This document shows, piece after piece, positions 22,594 through 36,381 of a stretch of 64,000 nt of DNA; the stretch's first letter is position 1, and each line of letters starts with the position of its first letter. Source of the DNA: Callorhinchus milii (Eukaryota); assembly GCF_018977255.1 (NCBI RefSeq), contig NW_024704743.1:74712001-74776000 (forward strand). Direction: 5' to 3'. The position numbers were made by a program, and so were the translations under genes. The notes below the pieces were generated by a model that was not told the origin of the DNA, made no database searches, and saw only the letters and a list, made by a program, of their open reading frames with translations.

Positions 22594-22854
22594 TTCTGTA
22601 GAAATACTGTCAATAAAAAGCAATAATTATTTTCATCATGTACCACTTGGTATGTATGAAACGCATTCACTCCACCAGAAACCGAAATTGCATACATTAC
22701 TACAAATGCAAGGCTTATTATAACTACTGTAGACTGAAATCAAAATGCAATAATGGACTTTATAAACATAGAACCACAGAAATCTACAGTGCAAAAGGAG
22801 GCTATTTGGCCCACTGAGTCCTCACTGGTTCATAGAGCAAGGAGATCAAATTAT

Positions 22855-23822
22855 TTTGATGTTTTTTCCTCTCGCTCCCACCTGGTCACCTGCGGGATAC
22901 CCCAAAGCTCCATCCTTGACCCCCTTCTTTTCCTCATTTACATGATCCCTTTCGACGATGTCATCCGCAAATATGGGGTCAACTTCCACATGTATGTGGA
23001 TGACACCCAAATCTACTTCTCCTCCCCCAGCTGCAACTCCCAGTGCACTGATGTCCTGTCAGCTTGACATCAATGCCTGGATGAGCACAAATTTCCTGTA
23101 GCTGAACATCGGCAAGACGGAAGTCATACTCATTGGCTTCCGTGAACATCTTCTCTCCTACAGGTCTGAACTCCTCAACTGCCCCAGGCTCTCCAGGAAC
23201 GCTTTTTTCCACCTCCGTCACATTGGCCACCTCAGTCCGTGCCTCACAACCAACGCAGCCGAAATCCTTGTCCATACCTTTGTCATTTCCTGCCCAGCTG
23301 GACTATTCCAATGCCCTCCTCACTGGTCTCCCCATCTCCACCATACACAAAATTCAACTAATTCAAAACTCCGCCACCAGGATATTCACCCACACAATTC
23401 ACCCCCATCACACCAGTCCTCCCAATTACCGAATGGATCGATTTCAAACTCATTTTCAAATCTCTTCATGGCCTCTCACCTCCCTACCTATCCGATATGC
23501 TCACCCCCCTCCCCACTCCACCACCCGTTGCTTCTGCTCGGCTGGCTCCAGCCTCCTGTTTGTCCCTCTTGCCCTCTGTTCCAACATCGGTGGCTTCAGC
23601 CACTACGCCCTGAAACTCCCTCCCTCAATCCCAATGCCTTGCCCCCTCCCTCTCTCCCTCCCTCCCTCCCTTCAAATCCTGCCTAGTCAGCCCCTCCCTT
23701 TTTGATCATGCTTACGGTCTCCTCACCCCCTCCTCCCCCTGGCACATTGTCAGACTCCGCCACTGTGAAGCACTCTGGGACTCTACCCTGTGTAAAGGGC
23801 ACTATATAAATGCAAGTTGTTG
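22855..23822 (+). mobile_element. Degenerate L2 fragment
   Basis: GIPQSSILDPLLF, VNFHMYVDDTQ and LDYSNALL remnants, then an L2-like 3' tail. Confidence 0.82.
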
Positions 23823-26800
23823 TAATTCCACTGCCCAATGTCAGACTGGCTACACAAAATGGGAAATTTCCCGCACGAACACGTGATTGGATCTGGAGCA
23901 TCCTGTGATTGGCTCCAGACGGCCCCCACAAATCATTGCCCTTATTATACAACAGGATCCCAAACCCTTTGGGGAGTCAGCCCCGCCACTGCCGCATACA
24001 CCTTCAAGTCTCTCTCACTGTAGTTTTTTTGGGGATTTATCATTACGTAGAATTATTTAGATTGTACAGCACCGAAACAAGCCATTTTGCCCAAATTAGT
24101 GTCGCTCATGTTTATACTCCACGTGAGCTTTCAACCCTCCTCCCTTTGCCCTATCCAATCGCATCCTACCGGTGTACCCCTTCTCCTCCATGATTGATGT
24201 CTTAAGAACAACAACAAAATTACATTTATAAAGCAGTTTTCATTCCCAAGGTGCTGGACAGTTAAGGGTTTGCACTTGAGGAGGAGGTTGGAATGAAGAG
24301 TGGTGGAGGGTAGGTGGGAATGGAGGAAAGTCTTGAGACAGGCCTTAAAGGAGGCAAGGAAGAAGGTGAGGTGGAAGAGCTCTGGGATGGAGTTCCGGAG
24401 CGTGGGGGCAGAACGGCTGAAGGCCTGACTGCCAATGGTGGGGCAGGCAGGGCGAGAGACATGAAGCAGATAATATGAAGAAATAATTATTTATATATGC
24501 ATATACACATGCACACACACACGAAGACTATATTTTCCAAGGAATTCATTTAAAAAAGAGTTTGCACAGCATGGCTTCCAAATGTTGGTCTAGCTGACAC
24601 TCCAGTGCAGCGCTGGGCATGAGAAGGGAATTACTCTAGAAGAGTCCTGGCCAACAAATCCCCCAAACAAAATTGGTCAATCACTCCATGGTGTCTTTAG
24701 GACTTTGTTGTGAGTAAATTGGATGCTAGTTTCATCCACAAAATACAGTCAATCCTCTTTACAGTAATGTACAGTAGTTTTGAGACATCTCAAAGATATA
24801 AGGCGCTATATCAAATGCAAGGATGATTATTATTATTATAGCTCACCAAGACGTGAGCTTGGATCACTCCAAAACAATTATTCTGGGGATAAGAGAAAAT
24901 AAAATCAGAAATAAACTGTTGAAGGTAACGAACTTGAGATGGAAAAAGCTCAGACAGAAGAACTCTCCAGACATGACTTGAAGGCACTACTTGTGAAGAG
25001 AAGGAAGCTATGGAAATCATTACGACAGGTAGATGGAACAGATCTGCAAAAGCCAGATGTAGAAATAGTTGCTGGACATCTCTGCCTGCCATTTGCCTAC
25101 AAAACACATTCACTACTGTGATCCCATATATTCCAGGCTGAAATTCCAGGGTAGTGATGGGTGTGCACTGCAATGTCAGAGATGCCATCCTTCGGATGAA
25201 ATGTTTAACTGAGGTCCTAGCTGCTGTTCAGGTAGATGTTAAAGATCCCATTACTATCGTTAAAGATAGTTTCTCTCATTGTCCTGGCCAAATAAACTTA
25301 GTCATTCACTTCATGGCTGTTTGTAGAACATTGTGGAAAATTAGCTGCCGAGTTCAGACATCAGAGAAGCATGAATAAGAAACAAGACAGGATGTTGAAA
25401 GATAAAAGAAAAAAAAACTGAGGAGACATTTGCACAACCAGAGACAAGAGGTCCAGGAAGGGGGGAGTAGACAATGGCAAAATCTAAGGGCAAGGCAGCA
25501 TTGCAAGCTCAGAATCAGAATCAATTGTGGAGGAATTTAGGGTTAATAATAATCCTTACATTTGGTATAGCACCATTCAAGTCACAGAATTTTACTGTGA
25601 AGTGGAGTGACTGTGTATCTGTAGGCAAACGCGGCAGCCAAATTTCACATAATGATGTTCAACAAACAGCTGTAAAGTGAGTGACCAGTTGTATTTGTAT
25701 TTGGGGGAAGAACTCCCCTTCTCTGTTAGAATCATGCCATGGGATCTTTAACGTCCATGAACAGTTAGACGGGATCTCACTTTAAGCACTCTCTTGGCAC
25801 TGTATTGGAGAGTCAACCTCAATTTTGAACCCACAACCAAGTGACTCAAGCTGTTTTCTCAGAAAAGGAACATAGAATTATTTAGCTTGTAGAGCACTGA
25901 AACAGGTCATTTTGTTCTAAAGTACTTTCCTCCAGAGTAAAACTGAAATTAANTTTTTTTACAAACAAGTTTACAGTCTAAGATTAGGTGGAGTTTTGCA
26001 CCTCAGATTATTTGGCTTCCAACAATCTCCATACTATGTCAAAATACATAGAATTAAGTGACACGGTAGCAGACCATTTGACCCAAGCATGCTAGCGTTT
26101 ATACTACAATGAAGTGTTCACCCCTCCTATTCCCCTCACCGATACCCTTCTATTCTCTTTTCTCTCAAATATGTACTTACATTTCCTCTTAAGTACATTG
26201 ATGCTTTTAGCATCAACTGCAGCTTCTAGCAGTGAATTACACAATCACTCCACCTTTTGCTACTCTCTATTCGATCTATGACTAGCTATCTTACATTTAT
26301 GTCCCCCTAATTTTGGACTTGAACCTCTCAACATCCATCGTATCAAATCCTTTCAGAATCTTAAAGCTCTTTCAATCATCTCAACTCTGGAAGAAAAGCT
26401 CCAACCTGTTCAATCTTTCTGGATCGATGTATCCTCTCATCCCTGGTAACATCTTAGTAAATCACTGCTGCACTCTCCTCGTTAATGCTATAGTATCGAG
26501 ACCAGAATGTGACCAAACCAAGGCTATATATAAGAATAAAATTACTTCCCTAGTTTGTGCTCGATTCCTCTGTTCAATTATGTTGTGGTATCTGTATTGT
26601 GGGTGTATTTGTAGAGAATTTTTTTTGAGCAACTGAGTGTTTAATTATTATTATTATATTATTAATACATGCAGAAACCTGTCATGGTCTACCCCTCCAA
26701 ATCCTGCTGATTAGCCAGGCTGGCTAGTCCATCATCAGCAGTGCCTTGGCCATAATTGGTAGAGTGGTCCAAGCTGGACAAGAAGCGGGAAGCTTGCTAG

Positions 26801-28029
26801 AGGTGTGCTTTCAATACAAACTCTTCAGTATTAACTGCTTACTCTCCAGCAATACCCCAGTGCATATTCTGGGTCCCCAAACCTTGGCTCCTTCCAGCCT
26901 GTGCCTGATAGTTTCTGGAATCAGGTAAGCAGGATGCTCCCCTTCAAGGAAAGAGTCCACATTTCATTCCAATAAATATCTTGCGAATGTGTAGGTGTGA
27001 TGCATGATACTTGCAGTTTGGATGAGATACTCTTAAGCATGATAATGAGTTTTTGCATGGGTCAGACACCTGGCTTACCAAAAAGCAAGAACTGAAGATT
27101 CAAGGCTGGAGGTTTCCATGCACATTCAGAATCAAAATAAAAAGCATAGTACACAGGCGGAACCTACACTCAATGTGAGCCCCAGCTGTGGGTATGAAGA
27201 TGCTCTCATGCATTTTATGCTGAGCTGTGTTACCCACCAGGATGGTCGCAGGTACCTACCATCCATCTCGTGAGTGCTCAACTTGGCTGGTCAGGTGTCA
27301 AATGACCAACTAGTGACTGTCCTACTAGGCTGGGGAGATAAGCAGGGTGTTCTTGGAGATGAACTGGTTCGAAGGTGATATGTTTAGCAACGGGATGTCA
27401 GAATTCAGCAACGCTCTGTGGTGGTCTTGGTAGTCCAGCTCCTGAGCCAGGCAGGTCTGCATACCACAGGGCACTGCTGATGACAGCACAGTTAGCCTGG
27501 CTCATCGACAGCACACGGAAGGACAGACCAGTCACTGGGAGCAGGGACTCTTCCACTAAGCTACTCTGCTGTCAAAGCCCTAACAGTCAGCTGGACAATC
27601 AGCGGAAAAGCTTGCGAGACAGCACTTTCAAGCTATGTGGTTTAAACCCTCAGCAGTGCCCCGATGCACACCGTGTGATCTCCAGATGCCCGAAAACACG
27701 GGACAAAGAGGAAAGTCTTGAGGCAGACTTTGAAGCAGGCAAGCGTGGGAGTGAGCCAAAGAGATTCATGGATGGAGGGTGGGAGCAGATAGGCTAAAAG
27801 CCCAATCACCAACGGTGGGGGAGGGTAGGACGGGAGACCTGTAGCAAGTTGGTGCCCGTCGAGTGGAGGGAGAGGGTGGGCTGGTAGGGATTGAGACGGT
27901 CCATTATAATTGTCAATACTAACAAATATTATTGCTTAGCTGCTGAGCTTTGCACATTTTGCATCCAGCCCTTGGAAACTGGCAAGTCAAGACAAGAGCT
28001 GGAGTGCCAGCCCTGCCCTGAGCCCCCAG

Positions 28030-28499
28030 CGCCCCGCCCCCACCCCCCGTCACATGACAAGACCTTGTTATCACAACACTGTTGGTTCACACTAACGTGC
28101 TGGTGAGCCGGACACGCCCCGCCCCTCACCGCGCCCGTCAGCGCCGTGACCCGCCTCCGCGTGCCCCCGATTGGCCAATCTCCGATCGGGACGGACAGAG
28201 TGGCCGCGTGCATTGGCCGAGCCGCCCGCCCGTCCGTCAGTCAGGCGCCGTGAAGTTTGTGTGCCGGGGGGGTAGCGGTGGGCGACAGGCGGCGCCGTGA
28301 CACGTGCTTCCTGAGGCCGGAGTGGGTGATGGGTCACCAGGGCTTCGACTTGAACTTGGGCCTCTCTGCCGCTCTGCCCTCGCACGCACAGGGCCCGAGC
28401 GGGGCATGAGGGCGGCGCCGGCGGCGGCAGCGACAGCCCCCCCGGAGAACTGCTCGCGAGTGTGTGGGTTGGTGCGGCAGCGGGGCCTGTGCTCTCACT
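28030..28499 (+). promoter_or_regulatory. FYCO1: CpG-island promoter and probable non-coding exon 1 of FYCO1
   Basis: Strongest non-TE CpG-rich block in the window. Contains GC boxes (cccgcccc), palindromic GATTGGCCAATC at 28169-28180, CACGTG at 28301-28306 and donor ct|GTGAGT at 28500. The TSS cannot be determined. Confidence 0.7.
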
Positions 28500-28517
28500 G
28501 TGAGTAGCTGCTGTCAC

Positions 28518-28697
28518 AGGGCAGGGGAGGGCAGGCAGGGCAGGGCAGGGAGGGCAGGGCAGGGCAGGGAGAGCAGGGGAGGGCAGGGCAGGGAGAGCAG
28601 GGGAGGGCAGGCAGGGCAGGGCAGGGGAGGGCAGGCAGGGCAGGGCAGGGAGGGCAGGGGAGGGCAGGGGAGGGCAGGCAAGGCAGGGAGGGCAGGG
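28518..28697 (+). repeat. (GGGCA)n/GGGGA G-rich tandem repeat
   Basis: About 180 bp of GGG runs with 1-5-nt spacers, directly after the exon 1 donor. Confidence 0.9.
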
Positions 28698-29041
28698 CCC
28701 CACCTGCAGCTCCAGCTCTGTGCACCGTACCTGACTGGGGGGGAAGACACTCACACACTTAGCATCGGCATCGTTACTGTGAGGCGATGCGCTTTATATA
28801 TTATCTTTATATATATATATATATATTTTATATATATACAGCAATATATATTATCTGTTCATACATTATATGTAGCAATATATATATATATATATATTGA
28901 ATATATATATTCAATGCATGTGTTATACCTACAAACAAGTCATCATAGAATTAGGATCAGAGAATCATACAGCACAGAAGGAGGCCATTCGGCCCATCGG
29001 GTCTGTGCCGGCTCTTTGAAAGGAGCTATTCAATTCAATCC

Positions 29042-29252
29042 CACTCTCCCCCCCCCCCCCCCCACCCCGCTCTCTCCCCACCCCACGCTCTCCCCCCCCC
29101 CCCCACCCCGCGCTCTCCCCACCCCGCGCTCTCCCCACCCACGCTCTCCCCCCCCCACGCTCTCCCCCCCCCACCCCGCGCTCTCCCCACCCCACGCTCT
29201 CCCCCACCCCACGCTCTCCCCCCCCACCACCCCCACCCCGCGCTCTCCCCAG
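29042..29252 (+). repeat. C-rich minisatellite (~20-bp unit ccccacccc[a/g]cgctctcc) within a CR1 3' remnant, flanked by (TA)n-rich tracts
   Basis: About 10 recurrences of cgctctccc. Confidence 0.85.
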
Positions 29253-30819
29253 AGCCCACCAAACTTGTCCTCCCCAAATAATTATCTACTTCTGTCTTAA
29301 AAGTTCTTCTCGAATTGGCTTCCATACCCTTTCAGGCAATGCATTCCCTATATATATATATTTATATTCTATATATATATATTGCAAAGTATATATACAT
29401 ATTTATACTTTACAATATATTATGTGGAGTGCTTTGAGACATACACATATCTACAAAGTGCATTATAAATAAAACAAATAAATAGTTATCTATTATTATG
29501 GATTAGTTGGGCCAAATGTGCTGTGCCAGATAACTCTATTTACTTTTTTTTATATATGATGCACATATATTTATATACACAGTATATACAAATATTAGAA
29601 TATATTCTATGGAGCACTTTGAGAAAACAAATGTAAACTGTAAATGCAAGTTGTTGTCTCAACTACGTGATAAGGTGCTGTAGCAAATGCAAGAATTATT
29701 ATTGTATCGATGGCCTGTGCTTTTAACCCTCCCATTCACTCCCCCCCCAATCTTTTCCCTTGGCACTAAGCTTTGCCCCAAAGCTTCTTCCATTGTTTTC
29801 CTCAACCTTCATTAATCCCTCCCCCAGCCCCAAATTAGTATCTCCTCAAATCTGAACACTATTTGCCAAGTTGTGTTGAGAGTACCAATAAAATTACCGT
29901 AAATCGGCCTATGAAACTGGCAAAGGGAATTTTAGGCACAGGTCCAACGTCAATATTGATGCCACAATCCTCTCAATGTTATCTCTTGTGCCAGATTGAC
30001 ATCTGTATCAAGGTCAATTGTAGATCTTCATTATTAATAATAAATCCTTGCATTTGATACAGCCAGCGGGAGGATGTGTCACAGTCCTTCACATGATTTA
30101 CTGTAAAGTGCAGTGACTGTATTTTGTAGGTGAATCCACCAGCCAATTTGTGCACAGCAATGTCTCACAAACAGTCTCATAAAAACAATTTTATCTGAGG
30201 TATTGTTGGTCAGGACACTGGGAGAAACTCTGTTCTCTTTTCGAGTAGTGCCATGTGACTTTAACTGAACAGGTAGACGGGATAGAATGATGCAGCATGT
30301 CCTCGCACTATAATGGAGTTTCATCTTAGATTATGAGTGCGGAGTCACAACTCTGGGGCTTGAACCCGCAACCTTTTGACTCAGAGGCAAAAGTGCTACC
30401 AACTGAGCCAGACTGAGACATCATAGCCAAAGGTTGAAAATTTTCTTTCGTCTGCACCAGTATAAGTAGCAAGGAATTATATGAGACAGTGGGGTGGTTT
30501 AGACCAGGTCATGTTTTATTTAAAGAACAGCTTGCTGCTGTGATGGGAAAGATGGGTATTCTGGAAGGATGAGATCAAGTGGGCTGAGGGGCTCATCTTA
30601 CGTGAGCTTGTGATAGTGGCCCAGGATGTTGTGCTCTGATTTGTTTTTGTGGTGAGCTGTTTCCACATGTTGTGGGGTCCAAAACAAGAAGTTAGAAGGA
30701 ACCAGAGTGAGAATGTGCAATTCGATTCTGTGGATGAAGCAAAACCTATCAAGGTATTAAAGAGAATACTCAACACGTACATGAGGGAGAAGACAATAGA
30801 TGATAGATGAAGTGAATAG

Positions 30820-31114
30820 TTTTTTTGAAAATACATATTTATTTATAAATATATTTAGTACAACAGAAATCCAAAACAAACACAACATCTTCTGTTTGCA
30901 ATTTTTCCCTTCCTCCTGATACAAAAATATTAAGTTGTTTACAGTGCATTCCTTCACTGCATACAGGTTGTGAACAAGTTTTTTGGGCCACTCCCTTTAA
31001 AACAGTCGGGAGGACCCCCTGTGTACACCACATCCTGTGCCCACTCATACACGCCCTGATAAGGTGCACTTGCCACTTTCGGAAGGCGCCCCGATGTGCA
31101 TCGTAGGCACACAT
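30820..31114 (-). mobile_element. Poly(A)-tailed retro-insertion (possible L1/Tx1 3' end) inside a CR1 remnant
   Basis: The - strand ends aataaatatgtattttcaaaaaaa; flanked by gtgaatag / gtcaatag; CR1-like sequence resumes on both sides. Confidence 0.55.
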
Positions 31115-34100
31115 GTCAATAGGTGGGGTGCTGGTGCGGAGTATAAATACCAGGATGGACTAATTGGGCTAAATGTGCTGTGTCAGATAATTCTATGCCA
31201 GGACTCCTTTTATTTAAAATTTGCATTGGTTTAATGCATTTCGAAAGCAGGTTGCACTTTCGTCACTCCCATGTTCAGGACAGAGATCACCTTAGCGCAA
31301 AATTGTGCATATATTATGCAACAAAATCTGCATACTGTGTAAGCTAATTTTTTTTCAATCCAAGACTTGTCAGTTGATGTTCTGCCAGTTCTCTGTGTCC
31401 GGCTGAATGGCCATTCTCTCCGGCTTTGTGGTGACATGCAGAGCGCCCAGTCCTGACTCCGCCATAGTGCCCTGGAACGGCTCCGACCTGGCCCGCAACC
31501 TCCCAGCACCGAGCTGGCAGACACTTGGCCCTCTGAAAGGGACAGGATTGAAGGGCATCCGACTGGCGAGGTGGTTGGGAAAATGTAGCAAGATAATTTG
31601 GTTGACAGATCTTGATCGTGGGATTGAAATGAAACATGCTAGTTGATTGGTTTGTGTTACACATGATCATATAGATTGTATGCATGTTTTGGATACCCAT
31701 GTGTACACAGGTTGCATTTTTAGAAACCCTCTAAATTGGCTCCAGCAAACATGTGTTAAGAACATTATTTTTCTTGTGTAATGTGCAAAACAAGTTCATT
31801 AGCTGATGCCAATAGTTCTGCAGCGGTACTTTTTAGCATTGTAGTACAATCAGTTGTACTATTGTGGCCCCGTTAGAAAGTGCCTTGGTTGAACACGTGT
31901 TCATTTTAAGTACAGGTTTACTGCAGACCTGGGGTATACTAAAAACACAGTACTCGCTGGTGCTGACGATCTGTTTTCCCTCACTACAATATGGTTGACT
32001 TCCAAGAAATTGGGTTGTCGCTGTTGACACTATGTGTTGTGCATGTGTGCTAGGAAATAGCAAGAGGGTTTCTTGCACATGTAGAGCATGCAGCAAATGC
32101 TTCCTGCACATATAATGTGCATCAGAAATTGAAGGATTGGTGGGAGTCCGCAACAAAATTATAACGTGACTGCGGATTCAGTGGTCTGAAAATCCTTTTG
32201 AACTAATAGCATTTATTAATTCAGTCTTAATTTGGAAACCTCATTTCTTGAAAGACCTGTGATAAAACTGCTCCTAAAATTCGGTACCATCTTAGATAAC
32301 AGCCGTACATTTGGTACAGCACTTCTTGGGAGGATGTCTTAAAGCACTTCATAGGAAATACTGTAAAATTGTGTGACAGTTGATTTTGTGGGCTATTGCG
32401 GCAGCCCGGTTGCAGACTGCAATGTCCTACAAACAGCCGTAATAATGATGATAATCCTTCAATTTGATATAGTGCCTTATCATGTTTTTGAGACGCCTCA
32501 AAGAACTTCTCAGAATACATTGTGAAGTGAATTGACTTTATATTTTGTGGGTGAAACGCAGCAACCAATTGTGCACAGCAGTGTCCCACAAACAATCGTG
32601 GATTGAGTGACCACATTTTTTTTAAGGGATTATTACCCCCAGAAAACCGGGTTCTAATTTACTGCTAGATAAACAGAGGTGTGTGGAGTAAAGGAACGAA
32701 TAGAGACTATAAGCAGACTATGTGATTTCCAAGTCTTGGTTTGGGGCTTGAACCCACAACCTTCTGACTCAGAAGTGAGAGTGCTATCTCCTGAGCCATA
32801 CTGATACACAAGTGTGTGGTCTTTAAGTCTCTGGTTAATGTTTGTCCATGAGAGTTTCAGGTAAGAGGTGATTAATGTGTAAAGCAGATTAAAGGCTGAC
32901 GTGAACCATAATACAAGGCAACTCCATTATTGATTGCCTTTTTAAAGCGCAGGTTCCCTTACAATGCAGCTTTGCTGTGGCCCTGTGGTTACTGCAAGTG
33001 ACACTTCCTGACCAGTTGCATTCCTGTGCTCTGCAAAACATTGGATTCAAAACACAGCCTTATAACTGAGTGGCCCTGTGGTTTGTTCCAGGCTGTACCT
33101 TCAGACGTTTTCTGTCATGTTTTGTTTTATACTTTACTTTTAAAATTTAATATTCAATGATTTATTTTTTACTATTGTGTATGAGCATTGCCATGTGGTC
33201 ATAAACATCACCCGACAGGCAGAAAAGGGAAAAACCTACAGATTTCTTAAGTGACTTGAAAGGATGCTTTTACTGAAAAAGGATAGTGCTTTGAAGGGTA
33301 ATTTAACTATCTTACACACACTTTGTGCATTTCCCCAGTGTAATGCCTGGGATACAGTGAAATTTGCGTTATCTTCTCAAGAGTTGGTGGGTTAAGTAGG
33401 TAATTTGATTGAAGCCTTTAGGAGAATGAGGGAAATTAACAACATGACTCTTCCTCTGGTGGATTAATCCAGAAAAAGGGGACACAGAGGCAAGATGGCT
33501 AAAATTAAAACCAGAAAAAAGTAGCTTCACATAAACGATTGTGAGACTGGAATGCACTATCATATACCATAAATGCGGAATTGATTTGGGTGTTTCAAAG
33601 TTAGATAGATATTTGAGAAGTAAATGTTTCAATGACTATGGAGAAAGTTCAGGGAGATGGGATTAATAATTTATGGTACTGCTGTGATCTAATAAAATCA
33701 CGGAACAGGCTGAAGGCGTTCCTAGTTTTGATCATGAATTTACGTATAGATACTTCTTCATTGTGGCTTTTGTTGGTTTCACAAACTCATAATTCATTAT
33801 TTTCTCAAGTTTTATCGTTGAAATGGCTTTGATGGTTTTCTGCAATAGCATTACAAACTCTCACCTTCCACATTGTTTGTCTCAATTGTGCTCGACAGCA
33901 ACTAATTCAAATACAGTACCTATAATAATCAATTTTGTTTTTTCAACTGAGATACAATTTGGAATTATCCTTGTCATTGTCAAATGCTTCCCTACTTTTT
34001 CAGTCTGCTCTGGACTTATTCTTGTGCCCATCCCTTCTGCCCCACCAACTCTGGCCTGTTTTACGACCCCTGTCCATTACACCCATCTTTGGTGGGAGAG

Positions 34101-35026
34101 CTTTTAGTCATTTTGTTCCCTGCTTATTGGGATTCTTCAGAAATCCCTCCACCTCAAACCTAGGCTCTCTGCTTTAAATACTCACCTAAAAATCACATCT
34201 CTATGATTGTGCCTTTGGCAGTCTCCCTAACCTGCTCTTTATCTCTATCTTTATCTTTATATTATTATTATTATTATTATTATTATCTCTCCCAGCCGAG
34301 GCTCCCATTCCTTTTTGTAAAAATCTTTGAAATGTTCTTCTACGTGAAATGTGCTATTTAACTTAAAATCTTATTGGAATTAAACCAGATTTTACACTGT
34401 GTTAATTTACGTATCCATTGCCTGGAGCTGCTATATCATCACTGACCAGTGTGGTGGTTGCTCCTTGTTCAGTCATGCAAATTTGCTTTGATGTTGGTGG
34501 ACCTTTCCAGATGGTGCTTCGTGACTTGAGAATTTTCCAAGCGACGTAGCTCCACCTGCTTTTCAAAGGGCTTTTTGAGCTTCTGCTTTCACATGCTACA
34601 TTTTCCCTTTACTTCCTCAGTGTTGTTGGATTGCTTCTGTCTCCATAACCTCCAGCTTTAAAATGTGTAATCCCTTCCCTTGTTGCTCAGTTTGTGTTTC
34701 AGGTGGTAGCTGGTCTCATGAGTTGGTGTGAGGCGCAAGATTTTCCCTGTGGAAAAAGCAGTTTACATTAGAGCACTCTATCCGCAAGCGAGGAGATACT
34801 AACATTAACACTTATCCAAGAAATGTTTTTTTTCAGCCAACTGATGCTTAATTTCTTCATTGTGCTCATAGCATTACCTCTTTGGTTTAATTTAATCTTT
34901 TGATATTTGGATTATTTTGTTTTCTGCTTAATATATTCCACTTGCTGTCGCCAGTTATTAGGTTTTTTGTGTAATCTATTGTATTCAGGACAGTAGATAT
35001 GCTCTCTTTTTCCTTTCCTTCTATAC

Positions 35027-35748
35027 TACAACAACAACAAGATTACACTTGTATAGCGCCTTTCACGTTGGGAGGACGTCTCAAGGCGCTGGACAGAGTA
35101 CAGCATTTCAGACCCGAGCTGGGGTTTGGGGGGGAGGAGAAGGGGGGTGGCCGATGGCATGGTCAAAGAGGGGGGTCTTGAGGCGGGACTTGAAGGAGAC
35201 TAAGGAGGGGGTGAGGCGGAGTGACTGGGGGATAGAATTCCAGAGGTTGGGGACAGAGTGCCTGAAGGCTCTCCCGCCAATGGTGGGGACGTGGAGCAGC
35301 CAGAGCCGACTGAGGGGAGGGAGTGGGCGGATTGGTAGGGGGTTAGGAGGTCGCAGAGGTAGGGTGGGGCGAGGACATGGAGGGCTTTGTATGTGAGGAC
35401 CAGGATCTTGAACTCGATCCTCTGAAGGATAGGGAGCCAGTGGGGTCGGGCGAGAGTGGGGGAGATGGGGTCACGGAGTTTGGTGCGGGAGAGGACACAG
35501 GCTGCAGAGTTCTGGATTATCTGCAGCCTGTGGAGGGAGGAGTTGGGAAGGCTGACAAGCAGTGCGTTTGCATAGTCGAGCCTGGAGGTGATGAAGGCAT
35601 GAACAAGAGTTTCAGTGGCCTGAGGGGTGAGGTAGTGGCGGAGTCGGGCGATGTTACGGAGGTGAGGGAAGGCAGAGCGGGTCATGGCTTGAATGTGGGG
35701 GAGAAGACAGTTGAGGGTCGAACAAGACACCGAGGTTCCTGACTGGCT
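35027..35748 (-). mobile_element. L2 3' fragment
   Basis: [16 protein letters not shown]...IEFKILVLTYKAL on the - strand; caacaa tail. Confidence 0.88.
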
Positions 35749-36381
35749 TTCTATAAAATATATGATACAAATCTGCAAGTCTGCCTCCCTCACAGCTAAC
35801 TATTGGATGCTTACAGTAATATGCTGCTGGATTTGCCTTGTCTTGCGCACTTGCTACCACTATTAAAGCGCAGTTATATTCTTCTCTTTCTAGCTCCTTC
35901 TCGCATGGTAGCATCTTGGAGCGCAATCAATATCTTGAAATGCTGGGGTTTGATAGATATGTGGCAGATTTCCAACTTAATTAACTAGTTTTACTTATAG
36001 ATCCAGTTACAGTATTGTAAGGAATGTTGCAAAGAAGAATAACTTGCATTTATGTAGCCCCGTCCTCCTGGTTGTCCCTCGTCCCGTCCGCTCCATTATC
36101 GGCGGCCTTGCTTTCACCCACTATGCCCCGAAGCTCTGGAATTCTCTCCCTCCCCGCTTTCAAATCCCGTCTAAAGACCTTCCTGTTTGATTGTGCTTAC
36201 GGCCACCGTTCCTCTCCCTCTCCCCTGGCTCCTGTCAGACTCCGCCACTGTCGAGCCTCTAGGACTCCACCCCGCATGAAGGGCGCTATATAAATGCAAA
36301 TTTTGTTGTTGATGTCATGGTGTGGAAGCGCTGACTTGGGGCGTGTGGGGATTTATGGATTCCCAAATATCAACTTCTAAC

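Noticed and set aside
25953..25953. Single N base
   Set aside because: Assembly ambiguity; it only signals that local base errors are possible.
29042..29252. Regularly spaced repeats as a CRISPR-like array
   Set aside because: Eukaryotic context, no unique spacers and no cas genes; a simple minisatellite.
28092..29325. Long Pro/Gly-rich ORFs on both strands
   Set aside because: Products of the CpG island and G/C-rich tandem repeats, which lack stop codons.
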